Below are positions 37,745 to 49,802 of a DNA stretch of 64,000 nucleotides, piece by piece. This DNA is from Podarcis bocagei (taxonomy: Eukaryota). A program made the translations under genes and the position numbers. Every line of letters starts with the position of its first letter. Positions within the stretch are counted from its first letter, which is position 1. The stretch is from the NCBI GenBank assembly GCA_964188305.1, contig OZ076887.1, one strand, 5' to 3'. The notes below the pieces were generated by a model. That model was not told where the DNA came from. It worked only from the letters and a program-made list of their open reading frames with translations, and ran no database searches.

Positions 37745-39373
37745 GTAAGAGGATGTCTTGCTGTGTGTGGCCTTTTAGTTTTGCCTATGATGCACATGCT
37801 TTTTCCTTTGTTTAATGTAGACCATTTTTGTTGATGCTGTTTATGCCTTGCATATTTATCTTGCTGCTTGTCTTGTGCTACTGCTGCTCCTATACTTTCA
37901 TTGCATTCAATGCTGTTTAAGTAAAAGTTCTGGAGAATGTGTGTGGCGTTTTCGTTTTTTAATGTTGTACTCTTGGCACTCAAATGTCACAGAAACAAAA
38001 GATGACGGCAAACTGGAGTCATTAAAACTAATTAGGTTGCAGTGCATGATTATAAACAGAATTAAAACCCACTTCTTCGTCTGCCCTGCTTCCTGTAGGA
38101 AATACCGGTAGCAAGACAAGATAATACGGAAGTTTTTGTCGTGGTAGATTAATTTGATTTATTTTTTTAATAAGGAGACACTGAACTTAAAATCAGTAAT
38201 CAATTTCAGTTATCCTTACTATTGCTGTGATTCTGTCCTAAACACAATGGGAGCAGAATGGTGCCTTGCCCAACTTATTGTCAAGGATACTCATGGTGTT
38301 TTCAGTTTTAGTTGTCTGTTTATTGGGCAGAAAACACAACCGTGACCTAGTCTAGAAGCCAATTCACACAACCTAACATTCCTGCATTGCGCAGTGTGTG
38401 TGTGTGCTAGAGGGCCCTTTGGATCCCTTCCCACTCTACAATTCTATTATTTGAACAGGTGACGAGCACTATGCAACTTGAGAAAACTGATAATTGGATA
38501 GGCAGTGTGTGTTCTCAGTACAGGACACTGCACATACCTACATTAGATCCCTCTTTGATGAGGGACTTCTTCACCCAGTAGCCTTTTGCTCTTGGATTAG
38601 GGTATATCAGTGCATGAATAGCTGACAGCTAATTACTAGATCTATGGGTGTAGTGGTACTTTCTGGACTGTGTTGAAAGCTCTGGTTATTTAAATAATGT
38701 ACATAGAAGGTGCAAGCAGCATGTGCAAACCAGTCTTTTGCATTTCCCTTGTCCTTTATTTGGGAGGAGTATTGAAGGAAAGCACCAATTTTGGAGTGGG
38801 GGGCTTAGATATGTGCAAATCCTCTGATTATATTTCCTCCATGCTGACACATAGATAAGGCATATGGTATTGTGAGGCTTTGCCAAAGTATGTATACAGC
38901 AGGCTTCCCTGGGAACAGTGTCAGGCACAGCCCTCAGAGGAGATGGGAAGAGCTTCAACAATTCCTCCAATAGATGTCCAGTATTTACAAGCAATATTTT
39001 CAAAAAATGTAGAAATAAAGCCCTCTTTAGTACAGTAATCTATATATATATCAACTAAAGAAAATAGAATTCCTGATATTCAGAGAGGTGTGCATTTTTT
39101 TAAAATGCTGAGCATAGGAAAGAATTTCTGCCGCTGATTGCTGCACTGCTTGAAACAGTTTATATGTAGCAAGCTGGCGTATTGTTTAGCATTTGGGTGC
39201 TTATACTATTATCAACTTGCAGTTCCCATCTTTCTTAAAAGAACCAAGCAGCAGTTTGTGTCACAGTTGCTGCTTTGCCCAGTGTAAACACATGTAAAAG
39301 AAAAGAAAAGGCAAATCAGACATTAAGATTGCCCATGCAGCTGTTATATATTAAAACCTTTAAAGGGGCAAAT

Positions 39374-39499
39374 GTATAGGGAAGCTTTTAATGTTTGGCA
39401 CACTATTGTATTTTAATATTTTGTTTGAAGCCGCCCAGAGTGGCTGGGGAAACCCAGCCAGATGGGCGGGGTATCATCATCATCATCATTATTATTATT
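39374..39499 (+). mobile_element. L2-type 3' tail fragment with (ATC)n(ATT)n
   Basis: Stem-loop CCGCCCAGAGTGGCTGGGGAAACCCAGCCAGATGGGCGG followed by simple repeats. Confidence 0.7.
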
Positions 39500-39779
39500 A
39501 CAGCCCAGATGTGTCCTCTGTAGTAATTAAAATAGTTTAATTTTTGTGCTCTCTGGGACAACATAATCTCCCAACAGTTTCGTAAAGCACAATAATGAAT
39601 TGCATTACAAACAAAAATATTCTTAGATATTGGGTTTTCCAAAATGGCAATTGATGGGTTTATTTGAAGCAACTAGATTATTTTTGCAGAAAAATGTAAT
39701 ATTTGAACTGATCTCTATGCTATGGGGAGGGGGGTGGCAGGGCAGGTTGGGGGAGCTGGTGACTAATGAGAAAGTTGTA

Positions 39780-40142
39780 AAAGTAAAGGTACCCCCTGAC
39801 CGTTAGGTCCAGTTGCGGACGACTCGGGGGTTGCGTGCTCATCTAGCCCTATAGGCCGAGGGAGCCAGTGTTTGTCTGCAGACAGTTTTTCCGGGTCATG
39901 TGGCCAGCATGACTAAGCCGCTTCTGGCGAACCAGAGCAGCGCACGGAAACACCGTTTACCTTCCCACCGGAGCAGCACCTATTTATCTACTTGTATTTG
40001 ATGTGCTTTCGAACTGCTAGGTTGACAGGAGCAGGGACTGAGCAACGGGAGCTCATCCCGTCGCGGGAAGTTGAACTGCTGACCTTCCGATCGGCAAGCC
40101 CTAGGCTCTGTTGTTTAGACCACAGCGCCACCCACATCCCAT
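39780..40142 (-). mobile_element. Full-length Sauria SINE with 14-bp TSD
   Basis: TSD ATGAGAAAGTTGTA at 39766-39779 and 40143-40156; ACCTTT-like tail and tRNA-like head on the minus strand. Confidence 0.9.
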
Positions 40143-41103
40143 ATGAGAAAGTTGTAGTTCAACTAGATAAAGGAATTAGATTTTTAATTAAAACTGTCTT
40201 CCCTCAAATATATTTTCATGGAAGCAAACCCATGTCTAGTATAGCAGTGTAGACTTAGCCCATTGTGTTTAATATAATCTTTAACATGAATATGGACAGA
40301 ACAAGATGAAATCAAATATTGCATAACACCTAAACCATCAAACAATTTCTAATTACAATAACTGAAAAAACTGAAATTAGAAAATGTAGATCAAGGCATC
40401 ACTGCAGAACAGAATCTTTTTCTATTATTTTGCTTCTGATATTCACCCTTTATGAGATTCTTTTATTAGGCAAAATATATTCTAGCTTCTTTTGCTTAGT
40501 ATTGAAAACTTCAGACTACTACAAATCAAACAAAAACGTATAACTCAGCGGTTATAGTATGCTTGTACAAAATACTTTCATATGTCATGATGGGCAATTT
40601 CTTGTTGATAATCATCACAATGTATTGTTATGTTTAATTCATTGGTATGGTTCCTTAATGATCAAGATTTAAATTAACAGTGGGGAAGCACCTTAACATA
40701 TTTTTTTTGCTATCCATTGCAATTCATAAAAGAACCCAAAGTTCAGGGGTTTTAAATTAAAGAATAAGACAGTCTCAGTGACTCACAAGCGTTATTATAG
40801 GCTTTATGTAAATTGGTTATCCTATCCAACTGCGAACAAATAAATTCTTAGAGTGGACTTTACTGATCCCTGCACAAGCCAGATAAACTGGTGTTACGCT
40901 GCCATTGCAGGCAGGTAACCTAGCTCAAACATTTACAAATTGAGTGGCAAATTATTATTTATTTCTTTTAAAAATTTTGGTCCCCAATTTGCATTTCTAT
41001 GTTTTTGAGAAAATTAGTGCATAATAAAAAAGTGGCCGTTAATTTTCTTCCCCTCCCTCTTCCCTTCCTTTTGCTTGTTTCTTTTCCTTGGTTGTTTCTC
41101 TAG

Positions 41104-41223
41104 ATTGATTCTGTTGAAAATTTTACCTTATCTAATACGCCTTCGCGGGATGAAGATATCAAGTGTCACCTTCATTCAAGATCTAGGTCCCCTTCCACAG
41201 CTAGTGACATTGAACCAATTGAG
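41104..41223 (+). CDS. CDC42BPA: Alternative cassette exon, 120 nt (IDSVENFTLSNTPSRDEDIKCHLHSRSRSPSTASDIEPIE)
   Basis: Long pyrimidine tract, ctctag|ATTGAT; GAG|gtactc; phase 0-0; open frame. Confidence 0.82.
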
Positions 41224-41427
41224 GTACTCTCTCATTTGCTTAAGATTCGTCTGTCCCACACCACAGTGTTAGATAGGTTCGGAATGAATTAGGAGGCAAA
41301 ATAGCCCTGAATAGTGTTTGATTTAAATTAGATTTAAAAACTATATCCAAGGACCAGTTCACATGCAGTTGTTTAGATGTGGGATGCTGTACCTGTAAAT
41401 GTAAAAAGAATGCAGCACACATTTCTA

Positions 41428-41668
41428 CAGTGGTACCTTGGTTTAAGAACAGCCCTGTTTACGAACTATTTGGTTTACGAACTCCACAAAACTGGAAGTA
41501 GTGTCCCGGTTTGCGAACTCTACCTTGGTCTAAGAATGGAAGCCGAACGGTGGAAGGGCACCGGCAGTGGAAGGCCTCATTAGGGGAAGCGCGCCTTGGT
41601 TTAAGAACGGTTTCGGTTTAAGAACGGACTTCCGAAACAGATTAAGTTTGTAAACCGAGGTACCACTG
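41428..41668. mobile_element. Tc1/mariner-type MITE, 241 bp, related family
   Basis: TA flanks; 18-bp TIR CAGTGGTACCT(T/C)GGTTTA with 1 mismatch; internal GGTTTA(A/C)GAAC repeats. Confidence 0.87.
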
Positions 41669-43609
41669 TACATTGTACAAAACACAATAATTAGGCTGTG
41701 AGGATTGGATCTGGATGCCTGTTGAATATACACTTCCTGGCAAACTTGGGTTTGTAGCCATCTTAATCATTTGTGAAATTGCCCTAAGAAAGCAAGTAGC
41801 AAGTGGGAAATGGTACCAGCGAGGTTTGGTAAGGTGAGTGCTCTCGTTGCTTCCTTTCAGATATTCAACTGCACCTAGGATTGAGTGCTGCTTTGTTCAT
41901 TTTGCATCTATTTGCTGCTGCTTCCTTTTTTTTCTGGGCTGCTGAACCTTGCCAAATAATCTTTGCAATATTTTCTTGGGATGTTCCTTTTGGGTCCCAT
42001 CTGAACCCATTATATTACATTGTTCCTCTGGAAACCTACAACCATGTTCTACACTTAGGCCAGAATCCAAAGGCCTGTGGGGGTTTTATAACCATAAGCA
42101 GACTCCTATGCTGGGTGGCAAAAGTATTTTTGAAACTTATAGACGTTTTGCAAAGAATTCATGATACATTATAGTTGCATGGAGATGGCGTCAGGTTTAA
42201 AAGGAAAGGAAAAAAATGGTGGGCTGCCCAAACCCCTTCCATGAGCCAAAGTGGCTGTTTATTGGCCTTATATTCCTGGACTATGTTTCTATTTTGGTTG
42301 AAATTACTTGGGCTTTTAATGTTCATACAACATCTCTGCAACTGACAGATACTCTTGCTATTCCAAAAAATAAAAAATCATTCTTCCTTACATTTTTTGA
42401 CTTTCAAATGCCACTAAGCCTTTCAAATAAGGGAGGGATTGCTAAGGCGTGTCCTTCCAAATGTTGTTGAACTTCAGCTCCTATCATCCCTGAACATTGG
42501 CTATGCTGGCTGGAGCACATGGGAGTTGGGAGTCCAACAACATGGCCATACCAACACAGCCCCTGAAATTAGGGGTGCAGGTTTTTCCCCTCTTCTTAAC
42601 TGCAAACTTAAGCATGGTTATAGAGAAGTTCAGTGGAACTTACTCCCAGGTAAGTGTCCATACCAATGCAGCCATAATCCCCCTTTTGTTGCAAACTGAT
42701 CGGATGCTGTCAAACTACCATTAAGATTCCTTAACCAGTATATAAAAAGCATTAGTGCCTCAGCTATCCCACTCATTAGTTGAAATATGCTGCAAAAAAC
42801 TTCATCTTCCCCACACATAATATTTTTCTTTTCAAAAGCCATTATCATTAGTCACACTTTGCTAAACTCTTCTGCCACTCCTACAAGGGCATTTTTGTCA
42901 AGATGCTTTAGGTAGATTTTTTGCAATGCAACTGGCCTTCATTTTTTGGTAGTTAGCAGTTACATTTCTGGTACAACTATGAATTCACTATTGATGCAGA
43001 GGTGTTATACGTCAATTAATCAGTAGCATGTTAGCTTGGGGGGGGGGCATTTCCTTAGAATATCCATCTCCCTGCATTGACCTCTAACAAACCACATGCA
43101 TCACAGATGTCATATTCTGATAAAATGAGACACTTTTTACTGGTGTGTATCCAAAAGAATAATTCCCAAAATTGCTTTATGGATGCAAAATAACGCAGCT
43201 GTCCCAAATCATAGGAAGCTAGCATACTGGAATTCATGTTATTGATTTACAAAACCAAAGGAAAGAAAGATTATACATTTTGTTGTTGCTGTAAGGTGAA
43301 AGTTTTACATTTGTGAATTATCTTTGCTAAATCACTGAGTATTGGGAGTTTAGCCATTGAAACACATCATTAAGTAAAATGCATTTGTCACTTGTCAGCA
43401 TAGCTATCCTCAAGGTTGTAAAGGAGAACTTAAAAGATGTTTAAATATTTTGCTAGGTAGCAAGGTGATGAGCATGTTATTTGTACAATCATTCATTTAT
43501 TTGCCTCCTTTAGTTCTTGTGCTCTTTTTGCTGAAGTTTATGTTTGTGAAAGGCCTTTTAATGGTGTGCTTTTTTCACCTTAAGTAATCCTCAACATATA
43601 TATGTTCAG

Positions 43610-43690
43610 GTTTCAGATCATCCTCTGCGTCCGGTTCACACACCAACCATGAGGTCACCATATATTGGTTCAGGACTCTCTGTGCCAAAG
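43610..43690 (+). CDS. CDC42BPA: Exon, 81 nt (VSDHPLRPVHTPTMRSPYIGSGLSVPK)
   Basis: gttcag|GTTTCA; AAG|gtacca; phase 0-0; VHTPT motif. Confidence 0.82.
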
Positions 43691-44452
43691 GTACCATAAG
43701 AAATTGCAACAGTTAACAGCAGTATTATTGTTATTAATCATAATCATTGTAACAATCATTCAGAAGTGCAACATTGAAGCCCTTCCCATGTAGTTTCCTG
43801 GGGATGTTTATGAATCATCTGGTTCACAACACAGATATCATCACTTTAATGTGATGAGAAAAGTGTGTTTATTTATCACCAAATGGTCTTCATAGCTAAG
43901 GGAAGCAAAATTTCACAATTTTGGTTCTGTGCAGTCTTACCTTAGATATTTGACCATTGAGATTGCACAGCTGTCTGTCTCTTAACAGAAAATAAATAAA
44001 CATCAGTACCTTTAAACAAAGGATGACTCTTTCACCTGTTTAATTTCTGTATATTCATCTGCTTATACAAAAGAGGGTTTTCTTTAATATTTATTTTTTT
44101 CTTTTTGCTGATGCACAGATGTTTAATAGTACTTTACATTTATGATTTTAACTTTGATAGTGTCCCTTTCAAAGAGACAGCTGACATGACTGCTGAGACA
44201 TGGGTCAGCTTTCTTTAGACTGCCAATTTTATTCTCTGAACAGTAATCAATAATGCTTTGGCTATTTTTAGACATGGGAACAGTCTGGAATTTGTATTAC
44301 TAAACAAAAAACAAAAACAAAAAAAACTCTTGGTTTTTATCAGCACAGCAAACCAGACCATTAATTTAACACACAGCATTTGTATTTAAGAGTAATTTTT
44401 GGAGAGCAAAGTACCTGTCATCTAAGCTTTTTCTGTTTTCATTATTCCACAG

Positions 44453-44558
44453 CCAAAGGCCCATCAGTTTGTAGTGAAATCCTTTAATACCCCTACCAAA
44501 TGCAATCAGTGCACATCTTTGATGGTTGGCTTAATAAGGCAGGGCTGTACCTGTGAAG
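44453..44558 (+). CDS. CDC42BPA: Exon, C1 domain N-part ([35 protein letters not shown])
   Basis: ccacag|CCAAAG; AAG|gtaaga; H...CxxC pattern. Confidence 0.95.
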
Positions 44559-44838
44559 GTAAGAGTGACTTACCATCTTATCTAGCAAATTATCACTTCA
44601 TTGTATTATTCTGTTGATTATTAAATTTTTGGATGCAAGAACAGTCCAGACCAGTTTGAAAAACAATATTTACTTGTTTTTGTTTAATTCTGGAACTGAT
44701 CCAAACTCAGATATTGCAAAAGTAACTAACAACATTGACATGAGAAATGTTAATAACTTTCATACGTTACTAGATTAATCTGTTACATATTCAATAATGA
44801 GAAATGCATATTTTGATTGATTTCTATATTTCCCCCAG

Positions 44839-44975
44839 TGTGTGGATTTTCATGCCATGTGACCTGTGCAGACAAGGCACCAGCGGTGTGTCCAATTCCA
44901 CCTGAACAGACAAAGGGTCCTTTGGGTATTGACCCACAGAAAGGCATAGGAACGGCTTATGAAGGCCATGTCCGA
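44839..44975 (+). CDS. CDC42BPA: Exon, C1 C-part and linker ([15 protein letters not shown]...AYEGHVR)
   Basis: ccccag|TGTGTG; CGA|gtaagt; ORF 44817..45008. Confidence 0.95.
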
Positions 44976-45841
44976 GTAAGTATAGGAACACTGAATGCCA
45001 TGGTCTGATTGTAGTTTTCTTACAATAATTTATAATGCAGCATCAAACAATTTGGTTTATATTAGAATGACAATCATCTTGGCTTTTCATTTTCTATATA
45101 ATATTTTTTTCTGAGTGTGTGAATAAGAAAAGAACTACTCTTTTCTAAACTTTACCATCCCCACATTTTTATTGCATATTATTACTTCAAGCTAAGTATA
45201 ATGCGCACTAAACATTTCCGCAGCTATCCAAATTATAGGAGGCCATATACACAAGAGTGGATTATGCTGGTGTAATTTACCCTATTCCAGACTGCTTTCA
45301 GGAGCGGGGCTACTGTCAACCAAGCCAGGCTGGGCCTGACAGAGAAAAAACAAGCCTTTATAAAATAGAGTTTGGCACACGACCAGCAAAAAGCGTGGTG
45401 TAACTTTCCCTGGGTTTCTAGGTGATGTGACTGAGCTGAAATAAGCTTGCAGTAAGGGCATGTTTTCAAAGAGGCCTGCCCTTCTGAATGAAAGCGTGGA
45501 GGTTTCCTCAGACTTTTGACTCATGTAAAAAGATGCACGCTACAAACCTATTCCGATTTAACTGCTGTGGTATTTCCCAAAGGAACTGCAGAAGCTGCAG
45601 TTCTGAGAAAGGGCAAAGGATCTCTAACAAAGAATTCTCAGCAACCTCATAGAATTTCTTGTAGAAAGCCACAGTAATTAAACCCGTTTGGTTTTGCAAT
45701 GCTGGCATGCTCTTGAATGACCTGCTGGTTATACATTGAGAATATACAGGGCATTTCTAATAACTAATTAATGGAATGATTTATTTATTTTTACATTTCT
45801 TTCTTTACATTTGAATATCAGTACCATTAATTTTGTTACAG

Positions 45842-45981
45842 GTCCCAAAACCAGCTGGAGTGAAGAAAGGCTGGCAAAGAGCACTGTCTGTTGTCTGTGA
45901 CTTCAAGCTCTTCCTTTATGATATTGCAGAAGGAAAAGCATCCCAGCCCAGTGTGGTAGTGAGTCAGGTTCTTGATATGAG
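45842..45981 (+). CDS. CDC42BPA: Exon, PH domain ([15 protein letters not shown]...QVLDMR)
   Basis: ttacag|GTCCCA; GAG|gtagga. Confidence 0.94.
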
Positions 45982-46603
45982 GTAGGAAGTTGTTGTTTTT
46001 TAATGTAAGAGACTGCAAGTGCTACCAATTATAATTCACACTGTAGATAATTCAATCTATGGAAGCTTCCATGTCTAAGAAATAACTCTTCTTCTTCACC
46101 AATCCTTTATTAGGCATTATGAATATAGGCCATCATAAAACATCCACATGTAAAATTTTAAAAAACATATACAAAAATATGTAAGAACGAGGATTTTCAT
46201 TGGAGTTTCTTCCCACTAAATAGTGCCCTTCGCTACTCTAAGAGACACTATTGACAAAACCTCAGCCACCCTTGCAGTTACTTCCAGATTAATGTCAGAT
46301 AGATGGAATCTGATATTTTCATTGTGCCATGATGTTAGACTACCAAAAAAAAAAAAAAGCAGATAGCACATGTTTGCTTAAAAAAGAATATAGTCTACAG
46401 AAATAACATAAAAATAAAAGAAATGAAATTGGTGGTCATTCTCTTCCTAAATGACTTGAGGTTACCTTTTTAAGATAAAAAGCACTTTGTGCTGATATGC
46501 ACTTCCACTATAATTTGAATAGATACTGTTTAAAAGTTAATTATAAAAGAAGTGCACTTCAGTTTGCTGATAAACTTTTTTTGCATTGTTGTTTTTCAAA
46601 AAG

Positions 46604-46685
46604 GGATGAAGAATTCTCAGTGAGTTCTGTCTTGGCTTCTGATGTCATCCATGCAAATAGAAAAGATATTCCCTGTATCTTTAGA
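46604..46685 (+). CDS. CDC42BPA: Exon, PH domain ([27 protein letters not shown])
   Basis: caaaaag|GGATGAA; AGA|gtaagt. Confidence 0.94.
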
Positions 46686-47692
46686 GTAAGTAATACATGT
46701 TAAAGTTGAAATCTGTTGCTTATAAGTACAGTGGAGCCAATACTGTTGTTTAATTTTTGTTTCCATTTCAATTATTATCAAAAATACCTTCATCGTTCTT
46801 TGTGGTTTCAAGTGCTCCTTGAAATTTCATGTCTTTTTCATCCAAACCCTGGACACTAGGAGGAAGTATGAAAATGTCACAACATACTAATTTGTAATGG
46901 TCTGTGAAATGGTACTGTCCCTGAGCTAGTCTGAAGGGAACAAACATTTAACTTAGCATAAATAGAAAGCTTTGCCTGATAGTTATTGATTGATTTTTTT
47001 CAATTAGATTTTTATCCCAGTAAATTTTGCCACTAGAAGCTCAGTACGTTCTCACGGATAGAAGAGAATGAGGGAGGTAATTTTGCTTACCTTTACCTTC
47101 CCTCTACTGCCCCAGGCACCACCTTCCACACTATTCCAAAGGATATTCAGACCAAACGAAGCAGATTTTTGGGTGCATAGGGGGCTGCTGGGGGGGGGGG
47201 GTAGAGAGAGAGAGAAACAAAAATTGCCTGTCTCATCAGCAAGATGCCGCCACTGTAACAGAAGACTTTCTTAGAAAACAGGACCACTTCCATTCATGGG
47301 AGGCAAAATCTGGATCCAATCCATGGTTGTGCCCTTCCCATTTTTGCGTTGCAACAACCCTGTGAGATAAGCCAAGTTGAGAGAGGCTGGCTGAGCCAAG
47401 ATCAGCCAGTGAGCTTCAACACTACTTAAGCAGAGATTTGAACTTCCCAAACCACTCTATATGCAATGCCACACTAACTCTCGCTAGTTCACCTTGAAAT
47501 GTGTCTATAATGCTGAGTTCCTCAACTGATTGACTACAAGCAAGGCACAGATTATATTCAACAGATCATAAATGTCAAGGCGTCTTTTTTTCTTTGCATT
47601 GGTTTATTTTGAACATTTATCTCCTTCCTCCCTACCTCATGTGTGCCGTCTTCTACATTGCACAAAAACACACACGTCTTTACCTTTTCCAG

Positions 47693-47909
47693 GTTACAGC
47701 TTCCCAGCTATCAGCATGCAGTAACAAGTGTTCAATCCTGATCCTAGCTGACAGCGAGAATGAAAAGAGCAAGTGGGTAGGAGTCCTAAATGAACTGCAC
47801 AGGATTTTAAAGAAGAACAAGCTCAAAGATCGCTCAGTCTATGTCCCCAAAGAGGCCTATGACAGCACCTTGCCCCTCATTAAAACCACCCAGGCGGCAG
47901 CAATCATAG
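47693..47909 (+). CDS. CDC42BPA: Exon, PH end to CNH start (VTASQLSACSNK...TTQAAAII)
   Basis: ttccag|GTTACA; TAG|gtatgt; ORF 47594..47935. Confidence 0.94.
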
Positions 47910-48472
47910 GTATGTGCTTGATAACCCCACAATAATACTTGACTCTACCTTAATGGAAGTTGGGTGGGTGCTTCCCCCCCCCCTTTCTTTTTTGCTATGC
48001 CAGCTAGTACAGCAGAGTAGGCCAGATACCAGATCCCTTTCCAGAAAATGGTCTGGCTTAGGATCCAATGGATAAATCCCCACTCCCCCAGAAGAAATTG
48101 CCTGTTTCATGGCACGCCACCAGCAATAGTTTCTCACCTGCCTGTTCTTTCAGTGGGCCCAGCGGGAACCTCAACAGCCACAGATCCCACCCTATGTAGA
48201 GGGACAGCTGCACTTAATCCTAACCCTCTATAGCAGCACTGCTGTGGGTTCTAAGTGTGCTCACTGTGTTTTTATTACACTAGGAAATTGGGGAAAATTT
48301 TGTTTTTAATTCTTAAAAGTGATATATGGAAGTGAATGGTAAGTATTCTTTTCTAATCATTAGCCTGTTGATCTGCTATCCGATTAGCATTTGTCTTCCT
48401 TATTAGCCATGTGCCTCCAATTGGACTTCCTCCCCACCCACCCACCCTCTTCTTTTCTTTTAATTGCTGCAG

Positions 48473-48535
48473 ATCACGAAAGAATAGCTCTGGGCAATGA
48501 AGAAGGGTTATTTGTGGTTCATGTCACCAAGGATG
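48473..48535 (+). CDS. CDC42BPA: Exon, CNH (DHERIALGNEEGLFVVHVTKD)
   Basis: ctgcag|ATCACG; ATG|gtaagg. Confidence 0.94.
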
Positions 48536-49208
48536 GTAAGGGAACATGGCTTATGTTTGAAATGTCGGGGGTTGAAATAATAAACTGCACATTTTGTTCT
48601 GTCAGCTCCTTCTAGTGCCGTCTTTTATTAGTTCATGATTGTGAAGTTGACAAGTCAAACTGTTCTCAGTTCTTTCCGCCTACCAAGAAAGCCTTTCAAT
48701 CTGTGCTGTGTTGGCGGACTGGAACCCAGACTCAATAACTACTTCCTGAATTGGGATAAATAAGATGAACGTTCTCCATGGCTACCTGCAAATGCCAGGG
48801 ATGAAGCTTCACCCCATGGGTCCTCAGAACCCTAGCATCTCTCTGCATCATAGGTTCTGGCCCATGACAAGATGAGGGAAGGCAGGCTCTCAACTTTTTT
48901 TTTTTAAGATTCCCTACATGTTGATTATGGCAAGTGAAGCATAACATATCCCAGCAATAAGGATTGAAGCAGAAAATTATTGTTAAAGCCATAAGAAATA
49001 AATTGTAAGGAAAAGGTAGCTGAAAGATGAGACTATGGTGGCTTGAGAAAAACCACCATAGTCTGTCTTCATACAGTTCCAGCAAAATGAGAGGGAGAAA
49101 TAAACAACACAAGCAATAGTTTGTATTGGGGCTTTAGCACAAGATAAAATTTCAAAGGAAGAACTGCTTGTTTGCATGGGTACTAACTTAAGTGTTTAAT
49201 TTTTGCAG

Positions 49209-49802
49209 AGATCATTCGTGTCGGTGACAATAAGAAAGTGCATCAGATTGAGCTCATCCCAAATGAGCAGCTAATTGCAGTGATCTCAGGACGAAACCGT
49301 CATGTACGGCTATTCCCTGTGACAGCCCTGGATGGACGAGAGACTGATTTTTATAAACTGGCAGAGACTAAAGGTTGCCAGACGATAGTTTCTGGGCAAG
49401 TGCGCCATGGAGCCCTTACCTGCCTGTGTGTGGCAATGAAAAGACAGGTCCTCTGCTATGAACTAAATCACAGCAAGACACGTCACAAAAAGATTAAGGA
49501 GATCCAAGTGGCTGGGAATGTCCAGTGGATGGCAATCTTTAGTGAGCGGCTCTGTGTGGGCTACCAGTCAGGATTCTTAAAATACCCTTTGCATGGAGAA
49601 GGAAACCCACATAGTTTGCTTCACCCAGATGATCACACACTGTCGTTCATTGCACAGCAACCAACTGATGCCATCTGTGCAGTTGAGATCTCGAATAAGG
49701 AATACCTGCTGTGTTTTAGCAGCGTGGGGGTTTATGTGGACTGCCAAGGTCGAAGATCAAGGCAACAGGAACTGATGTGGCCTGCAACTCCTTCTTCTTC
49801 CT
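49209..49802 (+). CDS. CDC42BPA: Large CNH exon, 594 nt (EIIRVGDNKKVHQIEL...ELMWPATPSSS)
   Basis: ttgcag|AGATCA; CCT|gtaagt; ORF 49238..49825. Confidence 0.96.

Noticed and set aside
39724-39753. G-quadruplex-like G runs
   Set aside because: Common motif with no positional or functional support.
43611-43617. Second acceptor tttcag 7 nt into the 81-nt exon
   Set aside because: Out of frame; the acceptor at 43609 gives the homologous peptide.
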